Of a stretch of DNA of 64,000 bases, positions 20,201-29,305 are shown piece after piece. The translations under genes were made by a program, and so were the position numbers. The notes beneath the pieces are model-generated. The model was not told the origin of the DNA and searched no databases. It saw only the letters and a list, made by a program, of their open reading frames with translations. The stretch's first letter is position 1. Each line of letters starts with the position of its first letter. This DNA comes from Candidatus Paceibacter sp. (GTDB lineage Bacteria > Patescibacteriota > Patescibacteriia > Magasanikbacterales > UBA922): the NCBI GenBank assembly GCA_020725175.1, contig DYFM01000007.1, positions 1,054 through 65,053 on the forward strand, in the 5' to 3' direction.

Positions 20201-21639
20201 TGCTTGGGAAGGGTAAAGAGAGTTATCTCGAAGTTTCAGGAACGCTGATGGTCAATGGAACAGCAGAGGCACCGGTTATCTTTACCTCAAGCCGAGATAG
20301 GGTAAACGCCGGATCGGTATACTGGGCAAACATCGGCGAACCGACAGCTGGAGATTGGTCGCGGATTCAAGTGGTAAAGGGTGGTATGGCAACAGTTAAT
20401 AACGCAAAATTTTATTACGGTGGGTATCCAGACTCAAAAACATTGACTGTTTTCAATAATCTCGAAGCAGCCAATGTCATTCGAAATATTGACAGTACGC
20501 TTACAATTACCAATAGTGTATTTTCAAACACCTATCTCCCAGTGACAGACCAATCTTATGGAGCAGTGGTTTGGACGGAAAGTACTCCGGGAAAAACAGC
20601 TGAAACACATATTACCGGCTCCACATTCATCAATGGACGGTATGGGTATAAACAAAAAGGAACAGGGGTGGTGAGTAGTATTAAGAATTCTTCATTTCAA
20701 CAGTTTGTAGGACCGGAAGGACCGATTGTATTGTGGAATGCCTGGAGTTTGTTGGGTCAAAACATACTGCAAAACAACAGGAGTAATGCAATTTCTTTGC
20801 GGAATATTTCTTTTGTATCAAGTACGACATTGACCGCTGAGCACCCGTACGTAGTTGACGGATTAACTGTGCAGCCGGGAGTAACAGTAACCGTTGATCC
20901 GGGTACGGAACTCAAGATGACCACCAACAGCGGTATTATCGTTGATGGAACATTTGAGGTTGGTGGGGTAGGTGGACAGCCGGTTATCATTCACGGATTG
21001 AATGGTGCTGCTTGGAATAGAATTGTCTTTAACAATTCTACATCTCGGATACAAAATACAACTATCTCCGGTGGAAATCATGGGGCACTCACATCACAAA
21101 AAGGCGGAATGATTTTATCTAATAATTCCGAACTTACGTTTGAAGACGTATCATTTTCTACCAGTAAGATGAGTGGAAATCTCATTGAAGGATATGGGTC
21201 AACTATTGCGGTTCGTGATAGTGTCCTTCGTTTTGATGAACTGCAAACCGATCCGAGCCACAAAACAGCTGGTATATATGTTGAAGGTGGAATGGTGACA
21301 GTGGAAAATACAACCTTTCAAAACATGGTGTATGGGGTGATGGCCAAGCTCGGGGCGGTGGTATCGTTTTTACGCATGGGTATTGAACATTTTATCAACA
21401 CCATTGCTAGTTGGTGGCCGCTTGAACTGTTTACCTTTGAACCAGAACCGGTGGTGGAAGAAGTGGTGGAAGAGTTACCAGAGCCGGTAGAAGTGCTTGA
21501 AGTAAATAAGGAATTGATTGAAGAAACGCCTGTGATTGTTGAAGAGATAGCTGAAGAAGTGGTGGTACCGGAAGAGAATGAATCGTTAGATGAGAATGAT
21601 ACAGGGGAGGAGGTTTTTAAAATTAGTGAAGGTATATAG
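17275..21639 (+). CDS. Large secreted protein: M23 peptidase + Ig-like/FN3 + lamin-tail domain + beta-helix repeats
   Basis: Signal peptide; HLGED (HxxxD) and HLH; RVRARDRAYNISEWS FN3; LVINEVNWMG..EWIELYN LTD; acidic tail. Confidence 0.85.
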   Translation: MGGYVKILITILFFLFHPSFVFSVELKPFDYPLYQKLVQTVRLGGSWSKYYGHLGEDYGADPGDTVYAVADGVVELVKNWPLCDKFEKVNGELKKVDSARGWGGVVIIKHDLKGEGNFFTKDLYLPNSPVEENPEVVFSQYGHLTNLTVTNGQVVKKGEKIGEIGKMCKWIPHLHIEIKDKNALENEILDGVGSGYSGKHDHAPHRYKILAFIEKNSYLSLSDDPQQKPASNNLASPIILSPFTNPQFLSNFWSSNKETAVFAEQSPFLLENVIEQMKKPKPDNDVPTKDAGEPKNNLEKPKEVVENGTYTATLVGSPKEVQVLKGTKTVELKLEAKNSGTVAWKKKDISVNVVGGKAKNSKYVTESWFTKLRPALLDQEQVSPGSIGTFTFVIAIPEDETSITLPFMIVRQDVQNNFYQVGNQQYIFQIKQVDSLPLVQNEEPAGTGGPTDIDDPNFFADIYNETKQVVKKTVKKTTDTVKDITYDTIDVIKNIPQYFSGGGGSSINEGQYEDDNSVDTGNENNNDIDIDANIESPTSTPKEDEQVEETEDEQVEEQISILEPDHTPYITNANPIIIAGERTSGVASVSLVGMDAEVEYPTSTGWLLRFNLSEGEQMIQVQGKNAAGAVVATTSVGYVFDVTPPDTPGVTITQTGTDPTYVSVSWISSDTLSGIMSYDVERKLMGNEANEWERVLTDTAETEYNFEAYLGDIYAIRVRARDRAYNISEWSGGEEGETYYVDYTKELVINEVNWMGTMNKATGGCRDHEWIELYNPTENPIDLTGWTVTIENKSGQMNTLTPTGSVSPRSYYLLARKASSRSAVIDLPIDHEYQNIVLPNDGARLTLRNSVGEIVDEVNFVDKWPAGTQTGGPSKNFYRSMERVSSYLPGSLTDNWRTNQHIPVLGRTNNCGELFGSPRQPNNGHWLLRAPDFYYADVFDASGTLTLSNRFSPYVLDIGTIIPAGKTLVLEPGVVVLGKGKESYLEVSGTLMVNGTAEAPVIFTSSRDRVNAGSVYWANIGEPTAGDWSRIQVVKGGMATVNNAKFYYGGYPDSKTLTVFNNLEAANVIRNIDSTLTITNSVFSNTYLPVTDQSYGAVVWTESTPGKTAETHITGSTFINGRYGYKQKGTGVVSSIKNSSFQQFVGPEGPIVLWNAWSLLGQNILQNNRSNAISLRNISFVSSTTLTAEHPYVVDGLTVQPGVTVTVDPGTELKMTTNSGIIVDGTFEVGGVGGQPVIIHGLNGAAWNRIVFNNSTSRIQNTTISGGNHGALTSQKGGMILSNNSELTFEDVSFSTSKMSGNLIEGYGSTIAVRDSVLRFDELQTDPSHKTAGIYVEGGMVTVENTTFQNMVYGVMAKLGAVVSFLRMGIEHFINTIASWWPLELFTFEPEPVVEEVVEELPEPVEVLEVNKELIEETPVIVEEIAEEVVVPEENESLDENDTGEEVFKISEGI

Positions 21640-22101
21640 ACCTTCGGATGAAACGGATTTAACCGATTAAAGCTGATTTTTTATGCTGAAACATGAAGCG
21701 CTAACAAATGAAATAATTCGTTGTTATTATGATGTGTACAATGAGCTGGGGTTTGGATTTTTGGAAAAAGTATATGAGAATGCCTATGTTATTCGTTTGC
21801 AAGAAAAAGGAATACATGGAAAACGTCAGGTTCCAATAAAAGTTTTCTATCATGAGCACGATGTAGGGTTATACTATGCTGATATTGTAGTAGAAGACGT
21901 GATTATTATTGAGATGAAAGCGGCTGAAAATTTATGTTTAGAACATGAGTTACAATTAAAAAATTATCTTCGTGCAACAGATAAAGAAATAGGATTCTTG
22001 TTTAACTTTGGTATCAAACCGGAATTTCGACGTCAGTATTTCGAAAACCAATACAAAAGATCAGTTCAAACTAGTTAAATCCGTTTTATCCGAAGATCTA
22101 T
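21636..22101. mobile_element. Putative inverted-repeat-bounded element carrying a GxxExxY gene
   Basis: ~47 bp arms at 21636-21682 and 22055-22101; outer 28 nt match 26/28; internal 9-bp NNNNCGGAT periodicity. Confidence 0.65.
21683..22078 (+). CDS. GxxExxY protein (PD-(D/E)XK-like, PDDEXK_3 family)
   Basis: GFLEKVY signature, YADIVVE..IIEMKA, QLKNYLRAT..G.LFNFG. Confidence 0.93.
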   Translation: MLKHEALTNEIIRCYYDVYNELGFGFLEKVYENAYVIRLQEKGIHGKRQVPIKVFYHEHDVGLYYADIVVEDVIIIEMKAAENLCLEHELQLKNYLRATDKEIGFLFNFGIKPEFRRQYFENQYKRSVQTS

Positions 22102-22164
22102 CAATTATGTAGTGCATACTGGCTTGTCGCCTGGAGTCCAATATGATATTATCAAGCATATTCT

Positions 22165-24331
22165 ATGCTCGATCTTCTCAAACACCACTTTGGCTACGAT
22201 ACCTTCCGCCCCATGCAGGAAGATATTATCAAGACAGTCCTGAACAAACAGGATTGTTTGGTTTTAATGCCGACCGGTGGAGGGAAATCGCTCTGTTATC
22301 AGCTTCCGGCACTAACGCTTGGCGGTATCACACTAGTCGTTTCTCCGCTTATCGCTCTTATGAAGGATCAGGTAGACGCACTGAGGACAAACGGCATAGC
22401 AGCGGCATATATCAATAGTAGTTTGTCATATGAAGAACACCGTCAGATTCAGGAGCAGGTAAAAAATAACCAGCTCAGCATTCTTTATATTGCTCCAGAA
22501 CGATTTGCGATTCCTTCTTTCCAACAGTGGTTGAAACATTTACCGATTCAACTCATTGCCATTGATGAGGCCCATTGTATCTCGGAATGGGGACATGATT
22601 TTCGCCCGGACTATCGAAATTTAAAAGTATTACGCTCGGAATTTCCCACTGTTCCGGTGATTGCTCTCACTGCTACAGCTACGAAACAAGTGCGTGAGGA
22701 TATAATAAATCAGCTATCTTTGCATGACGGAAAAATTTTTACCAGTGGCTTCAATCGACCAAACCTATCGTACATTGTTGAACCGAAAGGAGAAACGTTT
22801 TCTCGGCTCTGTTATTGGTTGAATAGATATAAAGGAGAGCCAACTATTATTTATGCCTTTTCTCGAAAAAACACCGAAGAGTTGGCGGCTGATCTGAATC
22901 GGGAAGGGTTTAATGCGCTGGCATATCATGCTGGTCTTGATCCTGAGACCAGACGGTATACCCAAGAACAATTTGTGCGGGACAAAGTTTCTATTATTGT
23001 CGCGACCATTGCTTTTGGTATGGGAATTGATAAGCCGGACGTGCGGTTGGTCATTCATGCTGATCTCCCAAAGTCAGTGGAAGGGTATTATCAAGAAACC
23101 GGACGTGCCGGACGTGATGGGTTGCCGAGTGACTGTGTTCTTTTTTACTCTCCGGGTGATATCCGTAAACATCGCTATTTTATTCAGCAAATCGAAGATG
23201 ATGCCGAGCGGCAGCGTGCCTCAGAAAAATTGTCTGACATTGTGACGTACTGTGAGCGGGGAGCCTGTCGAAGAACGTTTTTACTGGAATACTTTGGTGA
23301 TCAGTATCATGCCGATGAGTGTGGTAATTGTGATGCTTGTTTAACTCCGAAAGAAACATTTGACGCGACTGAAATAGCCCAAAAAATTATCTCAGCGATT
23401 CTAAAAAACCGGAGAAAAATATGGGGGTAGCTACATTGTTGAGGTGTTAAAAGGTTCTCGTATAAAAAGTGTACGTGAGCGAGGGCATCAAGATTTATCC
23501 GTATTTGGAATTGTCGGTCGAGAATATTCCAAGGAAGATTTGAAAGTACTTATTCGACAAATTGAACAAGCTGGATTAATCTTGAAACAAGATGGAGAAT
23601 ATCCTACATTGTACTTAACTCCGCAGGGGAGAGAATGGTTGATGCGACGTGATTCTTTAGAATTGGTCCGCCCGGCGAAAAGAAACGCTTCGACTGCTTC
23701 CGAACATGCTGAGCCGGTTGACGTTGATCATACTCTCTTTGAACGGTTACGCGATTTGCGTAAACAACTGGCTGATGAAGCTGGTGTTCCGCCGTTTGTA
23801 ATTTTTGGAAATCAGTCACTTATGGAAATGGCAACTTATTTTCCTACTGATCTCGATCAGTTTTCCAAGATTACTGGGGTAGGAGATCAAAAGTTGGTGC
23901 AGTTTGGTGAATCGTTTACTTCACATATTAAAACATATTGCATTGAAACCGGTAAACAGGCAAAGCCAATTCCTCGTCGAATAAAAACATCCACTGAACG
24001 GCGAACCATCAAAACCGATTCGACGTACCAGATTACTAAAAGTCTTATTGAACAAGGAAGAACTATTGGAGAGGTCGCCAAAGAACGACGAATGGCAGAA
24101 TCAACCGTTATGTCACATATTGAAAAACTGTTGCGTGCCGGAGAAACTGTATCGTTGAATCATATTGAGTTTAGGGCTGACCGCTTTCAAGTTATCAAAC
24201 AGGCATTTCAGCGAGCGGGAGACAGCAAACTCACACCGGTTAAGGAACTGCTCGGAGATGAATACTCTTATGACGAGTTGCGGTTAGCACGATTACTGAT
24301 AATTTCACATTCGAGTTTAGCTCATAGGTAA
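22165..24331 (+). CDS. recQ: DNA helicase RecQ, split by one extra A in an A-run near 23403-23408
   Basis: MPTGGGKSLCYQ, DEAHCISEWGHDFRP, QETGRAGRDG, Zn Cys, RQC, HRDC; removing one A gives continuous ILKTGEKYGGSYIVEVLKGS. Confidence 0.92.
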
Positions 24332-24341
24332 ACAAATTTTT

Positions 24342-24369
24342 ATCTTCCGTACATACGGAAGATTTTTTT
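24342..24369 (+). terminator. Intrinsic terminator after recQ
   Basis: ATCTTCCGTA-ca-TACGGAAGAT followed by a T-run. Confidence 0.75.
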
Positions 24370-24459
24370 CTCGTAAAACATATGCTATACTATGAGCGTT
24401 AATTCTTATTTACCGCTTTGCAATAATACCGGCAAAGTCGTAATAGTGTGTGTTTCGAT

Positions 24460-24864
24460 ATGAAAACAGTTCTTTTGTCATACGGGTCAGCGCTACTATC
24501 TCTATTGATTATCGATGGAGTTTGGTTAGGAATCGTTGCCAAGCGTTTTTATGCTTCGTCAATAGGACACCTTATGGCTGCGACACCAAATTGGTACGCT
24601 GCCGGACTATTTTATCTTCTTTATACCGCCGGGTTGGTATATGTAGTCATTTTTCCAGCCATAGAGCAGTCTCATTCAGTGGGACGCGTATTTTTTATGG
24701 GCGCTGTAGTTGGAGCTTTGGCATACGGGACATATGATCTGACAAATTTGGCAACGCTCAAAGATTGGCCAATTGCCATGACGGTGATCGATATGCTATG
24801 GGGAGCTTTATTGACCGGGCTGGTGTCGTATGCTGCGGTGACGATAACACGTATTGTTTTGTAA
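24460..24864 (+). CDS. DUF2177 family membrane protein
   Basis: DGVWLG, YGTYDLTNLATLKDWP, DMLWG. Confidence 0.88.
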   Translation: MKTVLLSYGSALLSLLIIDGVWLGIVAKRFYASSIGHLMAATPNWYAAGLFYLLYTAGLVYVVIFPAIEQSHSVGRVFFMGAVVGALAYGTYDLTNLATLKDWPIAMTVIDMLWGALLTGLVSYAAVTITRIVL

Positions 24865-24865
24865 T

Positions 24866-25648
24866 ATGGAAATAAACATTTTTCAAACAATTGGAGTGAG
24901 TGCGCTGGCCATTTTTGGTTACATGACCGTATGGTTTTTCATTTCACTCCTACGGAAACGAAATGATAGTGCCGATGTTGCTTGGGGTATTGGGTTTGTG
25001 CTGGCGGCCATAGTCCCGCTTGTTTTTCATCAGCCGTTTAGTGATCGTGCATTATTGGTAACGGTCTTGGTTGCGATATGGGGAATTCGGCTGGCAAGTC
25101 ATATCTATTTTCGACAACGTGGAAAGCCGGAGGATTATCGATATCAAAAGTGGCGTGAAGAATGGGGGAAATGGTTTGTTGTTCGTTCATACGTTCAAGT
25201 ATATATATTGCAAGGTTTCTTGCTCCTTTTGATTGTTTCACCGGTTTTGGTGATAAACACGTATCAGGGGTTTCGTTTTTGGTGGCTTGATCTCTTTGGG
25301 GTGCTGGTTTGGTTGGTTGGATTTTTCTTTGAAGTGGTTGGTGATTGGCAGTTATCTCAGTTTTTAAAAGATCCAAACAATAAAGGGCACTTGATGCGAA
25401 ACGGATTGTGGCGGTATAGTCGTCACCCAAACTATTTTGGAGAAGTAACTCAATGGTGGGGAATATGGATCATTGCTCTGTCTGTTCCCTTTGGATGGTT
25501 GACCGTTATCGGACCGATAACAATTACCGTACTTATTTTGTTTGTTTCCGGTGTACCACTACTTGAGAAAAAAATGAAGGAACATCCGGAGTTTGAGGCA
25601 TATGCTCGGCAGACGAGTCGGTTTTTTCCATTACTTCCCAAAAAATAA
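24866..25648 (+). CDS. DUF1295 / steroid 5-alpha-reductase-like membrane protein
   Basis: D.AWG, EDYRY, GLWRYSRHPNYFGE. Confidence 0.9.
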   Translation: MEINIFQTIGVSALAIFGYMTVWFFISLLRKRNDSADVAWGIGFVLAAIVPLVFHQPFSDRALLVTVLVAIWGIRLASHIYFRQRGKPEDYRYQKWREEWGKWFVVRSYVQVYILQGFLLLLIVSPVLVINTYQGFRFWWLDLFGVLVWLVGFFFEVVGDWQLSQFLKDPNNKGHLMRNGLWRYSRHPNYFGEVTQWWGIWIIALSVPFGWLTVIGPITITVLILFVSGVPLLEKKMKEHPEFEAYARQTSRFFPLLPKK

Positions 25649-25653
25649 AACAT

Positions 25654-26361
25654 ATGATCACAGCCATAAAACATGCAATTGTCAGTGCTGCTGACCCCAA
25701 ACGGGCGGAAGTGTATAGGTGGTTTTTTAAAACCGGAAAAGGACAGTATGGTGAAGGTGATCAGTTTCTAGGGATTGTTGTTCCAAAGTGTCGAAGTATC
25801 GCAAAGGAGTATCATAATCTTTCTTTCAAAGAAATACAGACATTGTTGCACTCATCAATTCATGAAGAACGATTGATTGCGTTATTGATACTGGTGTCCC
25901 AGTTTCAAAAAGGAAATGAAAAAACAAAAGAAAAAATATTTCGCTTTTACCTTCGTTCCACCAAGTGGATCAATAACTGGGATTTGGTAGATCTTTCGGC
26001 TGATAAAATTGTAGGGGCGTATTTGTTACCGTGCAAACAGGAGCGATCGGTGTTGACGGAACTGGCCCGTTCATCCTCTCTTTGGAAACGGCGAATTGCT
26101 ATTGTTTCCACGTTTGCGTTTATTCGGGAAAAACAATATACCGATACTATCAACATTGCCAAACTGTTGTTGCGCGATTCTCATGATTTGATTCATAAAG
26201 CCGTGGGCTGGATGCTCCGAGAAATGGGAAAGCGAGATATTGCAACCTTGGTACAGTTTCTTCAGCCGCGCTATAAAATAATGCCTCGTACCATGCTTCG
26301 ATATGCCATTGAAAAATTTCCCGAAGAAGCGAGAAAGGCGTATTTACGAGGGGAGGTTTGA
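25654..26361 (+). CDS. DNA alkylation repair protein (AlkD family)
   Basis: NNWDLVD, HDLIHKAVGWMLRE, PRTMLRYAIEKF. Confidence 0.9.
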   Translation: MITAIKHAIVSAADPKRAEVYRWFFKTGKGQYGEGDQFLGIVVPKCRSIAKEYHNLSFKEIQTLLHSSIHEERLIALLILVSQFQKGNEKTKEKIFRFYLRSTKWINNWDLVDLSADKIVGAYLLPCKQERSVLTELARSSSLWKRRIAIVSTFAFIREKQYTDTINIAKLLLRDSHDLIHKAVGWMLREMGKRDIATLVQFLQPRYKIMPRTMLRYAIEKFPEEARKAYLRGEV

Positions 26362-26450
26362 GTTGGCAAGTCGGCAAGTTAACAAGTTGGTAAGTTAACA
26401 AGTTGGTAAGTTAACAAGTTGGTAAGTTAATAAGTTGGTCAGTTGGTAGG
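26356..26450. repeat. 8-bp periodic repeat arm (AAGTTAAC/AAGTTGGT); inverted partner at 27849-27883
   Basis: Tandem 8-mers directly visible; outer 16 nt match the partner 15/16 in reverse complement. Confidence 0.85.
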
Positions 26451-26524
26451 TGTGTTGGTTATTTCGATGTGGGGTGACAAGTTTGCGCTCGAGTGTTTTT
26501 TAAGTGTTTAACTCACTTTTTGGT

Positions 26525-26995
26525 ATGAAAAAACAATACTTTTTATATTTACTTTCTTTGTTCCTTCTTTTGGGTTCTGTTATTGCATGGGTAACAAATG
26601 TTCAGGGGTTTCGGGTATTTTATGATTTAGAGGGAACAATTTTTAAGTTTCAGGATTGCGTTATTACCAATCCATTTCTTACGCCATGTTTTTGGGGTGC
26701 GACAGCTTTTGTCGTGTTGTTTGTCTGGTCACTATTTCTTCTTCGTAAGTCTAATCAGAACAAACAACAAAAACATCTTTCGCTTCTTTTACCGATATTG
26801 TTTGGTTGTATGCTCTTTGGTTGGGGAAATGTAGTCATAGAGGCGGTGCGATTTTACGGCAATCCTCCGGGTGTAATAACTGGTTGTGGCGGGAAGCCAC
26901 TTCTCAATCCATTTACCTCAAGCTGTTTTTTCGGCTCTATTTTATTTACTCTTTCTTTTTTTCTGGTGTTGTGGTTGAATAAAAAGAAGGGTTAA
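26525..26995 (+). CDS. Four-TM membrane protein with duplicated C..NPF...CF.G motif
   Basis: CVITNPFLTPCFWG and CGGKPLLNPFTSSCFFG. Confidence 0.7.
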   Translation: MKKQYFLYLLSLFLLLGSVIAWVTNVQGFRVFYDLEGTIFKFQDCVITNPFLTPCFWGATAFVVLFVWSLFLLRKSNQNKQQKHLSLLLPILFGCMLFGWGNVVIEAVRFYGNPPGVITGCGGKPLLNPFTSSCFFGSILFTLSFFLVLWLNKKKG

Positions 26996-27011
26996 TGTAA
27001 CATCGATAATT

Positions 27012-27788
27012 ATGGACAGAAGAAAATTTTTGGAGATGCTTACACTTGGCATGTTTACTGTAGTGACAGGTGAAGCATGTACCTCTTCATTGAGGGGTAT
27101 GTCATATGAGGAATTAGACAATCTGCTACCAAGGCCAGAAGGTAGAGATGAAGACCCTCATGAATACACAAAACTGTTACAAGAAGGGGAATATGTGATC
27201 CCTGATGAGGTATTTGATATTTATTCTCAAACCATTGACCCAAGAATTAATGAATATAATCCTGCGCTTGGTGGATATATAGATAAAAACCGACTGAATT
27301 CACCAGAAAAAAGAAAAACCTTTCAACAAAGGATGAGGGGGATTGGAAAAACAGAGGAAGAAATTGAGAAATATTTTCGATTATTTGAGACAACCAATAT
27401 CATTTTGTTTCGAAAAAAAGTTTTGCAAAGTGAACGGTTTCCAGAATTACTTGATCATGAGCGGGTACATCAAATCATTACGAATCTTCCGGTTGAGGTA
27501 CAAAGACAAATGAGGGATGTGGCAAATAAAATGTTAGAAATGCGCGAGAATGGGGCGGAAGACAGAGAAGTTTTAAGAGAAAAAGGAAGGGATAAGATCG
27601 GGCGGGGCGGTCTGTTTCGTGCCAGTGTTGAAAGTAACTGGCAAGAATTTTATACGTATTTATTGCAAGGAAAATGGTCGGAAATCACCGTGAACGTTTT
27701 TAGGGATAATTTTCCGCAAGAATATGCAAGGGTACAGGAAATACAAAATGAGTTAATAGACAAAAAACAGCAGAAGAACTCAAAGTAA
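27012..27788 (+). CDS. Hypothetical protein with twin-arginine-like leader and HExxH motif
   Basis: MDRRKFL...EAC leader; HERVH. Confidence 0.65.
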   Translation: MDRRKFLEMLTLGMFTVVTGEACTSSLRGMSYEELDNLLPRPEGRDEDPHEYTKLLQEGEYVIPDEVFDIYSQTIDPRINEYNPALGGYIDKNRLNSPEKRKTFQQRMRGIGKTEEEIEKYFRLFETTNIILFRKKVLQSERFPELLDHERVHQIITNLPVEVQRQMRDVANKMLEMRENGAEDREVLREKGRDKIGRGGLFRASVESNWQEFYTYLLQGKWSEITVNVFRDNFPQEYARVQEIQNELIDKKQQKNSK

Positions 27789-27885
27789 GTTATGCTATTA
27801 CACACACTTTTACAAAGTAAACTCATACCAAAACGTATTTATCGACAGTAAACATACCAGCTTATAAACTTGCCAACTTAAACAT

Positions 27886-28248
27886 GTGAACAACCTTACT
27901 CCCGAAGAACAATTCATCATCGAACAAAAAGGCACTGAGCCGCCATTTTCCGGTGAATATGATAATCATTTTGCGGATGGTATGTATGTTTGTCGTAAAT
28001 GCAATACGCCACTGTATGACTCAAAAAGTAAATTTCATTCCGGTTGTGGCTGGCCGAGTTTTGATGAGGAAGTTCCGGGAGCGGTAAAGCGAGAGGTAGA
28101 TGCGGATGGAATTCGAACTGAGATTATCTGTGCCAATTGCGGAGGGCATCTTGGGCATGTATTTATTGGTGAGCAGTTTACCGAAAAAAATACTCGACAT
28201 TGTGTGAATTCATTGTCGATGAAGTTTATTCCGAGAAGTACCATTTAA
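27886..28248 (+). CDS. msrB: Methionine-R-sulfoxide reductase
   Basis: GTEPPF, GCGWPSF, HLGHVF, RHCVNS. Confidence 0.96.
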   Translation: MNNLTPEEQFIIEQKGTEPPFSGEYDNHFADGMYVCRKCNTPLYDSKSKFHSGCGWPSFDEEVPGAVKREVDADGIRTEIICANCGGHLGHVFIGEQFTEKNTRHCVNSLSMKFIPRSTI

Positions 28249-28345
28249 TAGATCATGTTTGCCCGCTTTGAGTGAGGATTTATCGGATGGAACGGATCTA
28301 TACGGATCCGTACACATCCGTTTTATCTGTTTGATCTGTGGTCCA
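28249..28345. repeat. ~97 bp gene-less copy of the GxxExxY-flank hairpin element (family A)
   Basis: TAGATC start, CGGAT 9-mers, ATCCG mirror arm, degenerate nested TTTGCCCGCTTTGAGTGAG. Confidence 0.8.
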
Positions 28346-28359
28346 TTTACTTATAATAT

Positions 28360-28902
28360 ATGAATAAAGTAACTGATGTCATTACGTTCGGTGGTGGTTG
28401 TTTCTGGTGTACAGAGGCGGCTTTTTCTCGTATACGCGGAGTTGTGTCGGTTGTTCCTGGGTACGCTGGAGGAGATACGCCAGATCCGACATATGAGCAA
28501 GTATGCGCCGGGACTACCGGACATGCGGAAGTGGTGCGGGTGGAATATGATCCAAATCAAATTTCACTATCAGCACTTCTTGATGTCTTCTTTACTGTTC
28601 ATGATCCAACTACACTTGATCGTCAGGGAAATGACGTGGGTCCACAGTACCGATCAATTATTCTTTATTCTTCTGAAGATCAGCGACAAACAATTGAGCA
28701 ATACATTAAGAATTTAACAAAAGAACAGGTCTTTCCTCATCCAATTGTTACTGTTGTGAAGCCGTTGCAGGTATTTTATTTAGCAGAGTCGGAGCACGTG
28801 AGATATTTTGAGCGAAATCCGGAGAAATTGTATTGTCAGTTGGTTATATACCCAAAGTTACTCAAGCTCAAAGAACGGTATAAACAGTTATTGCAGGAAT
28901 AG
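28360..28902 (+). CDS. msrA: Peptide methionine-S-sulfoxide reductase
   Basis: GGGCFWCTE, HDPTTLDRQGNDVGPQYRS. Confidence 0.96.
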   Translation: MNKVTDVITFGGGCFWCTEAAFSRIRGVVSVVPGYAGGDTPDPTYEQVCAGTTGHAEVVRVEYDPNQISLSALLDVFFTVHDPTTLDRQGNDVGPQYRSIILYSSEDQRQTIEQYIKNLTKEQVFPHPIVTVVKPLQVFYLAESEHVRYFERNPEKLYCQLVIYPKLLKLKERYKQLLQE

Positions 28903-29002
28903 TTATCCACAGATAAAATAGCTTAATATAGAAGAAAAAAAGGATTTTTGCTATACTAATTGTATCAAAGGTCGACTTATTCATTTATAACGTTTTTATC
29001 GT

Positions 29003-29206
29003 ATGAAAATGAATTGGTTAAGTTGGCTCGCCTTCGTGCTCGTCGTGGTAGGCGCGCTCAACTGGGGACTCGTTGGAGTTTTCAAGTTTGACCTCGTAGC
29101 TGCTATTTTTGGCGACATGAGTGCCGTGTCTCGAGTGGTATATACCCTTGTCGGACTTGCTGCACTCTATATGTTGGCAATGGCTCCAAAAATGAACAAA
29201 GCATAA
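29003..29206 (+). CDS. DUF378 small membrane protein
   Basis: VGALNWGLVG..FDLVAAIFG, VY.LVGLAA. Confidence 0.9.
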   Translation: MKMNWLSWLAFVLVVVGALNWGLVGVFKFDLVAAIFGDMSAVSRVVYTLVGLAALYMLAMAPKMNKA

Positions 29207-29238
29207 ACACTGCTCAACAATTGTTTGGCAGTGTTTTT
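29205..29238 (+). terminator. Probable terminator hairpin
   Basis: AAACACTGC...GCAGTGTTTTTT. Confidence 0.6.
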
Positions 29239-29305
29239 TAAGCACTGCCTAGAGAATTGTGGAGATTAATGATATATTGAGTTTCTTACATAGAGTATAG
29301 AGTTT

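Noticed and set aside
23400-23410. Programmed frameshift or phase variation in recQ
   Set aside because: A single extra A in a short homopolymer with both halves intact; a sequencing error or recent mutation is simpler. Needs reads to settle.
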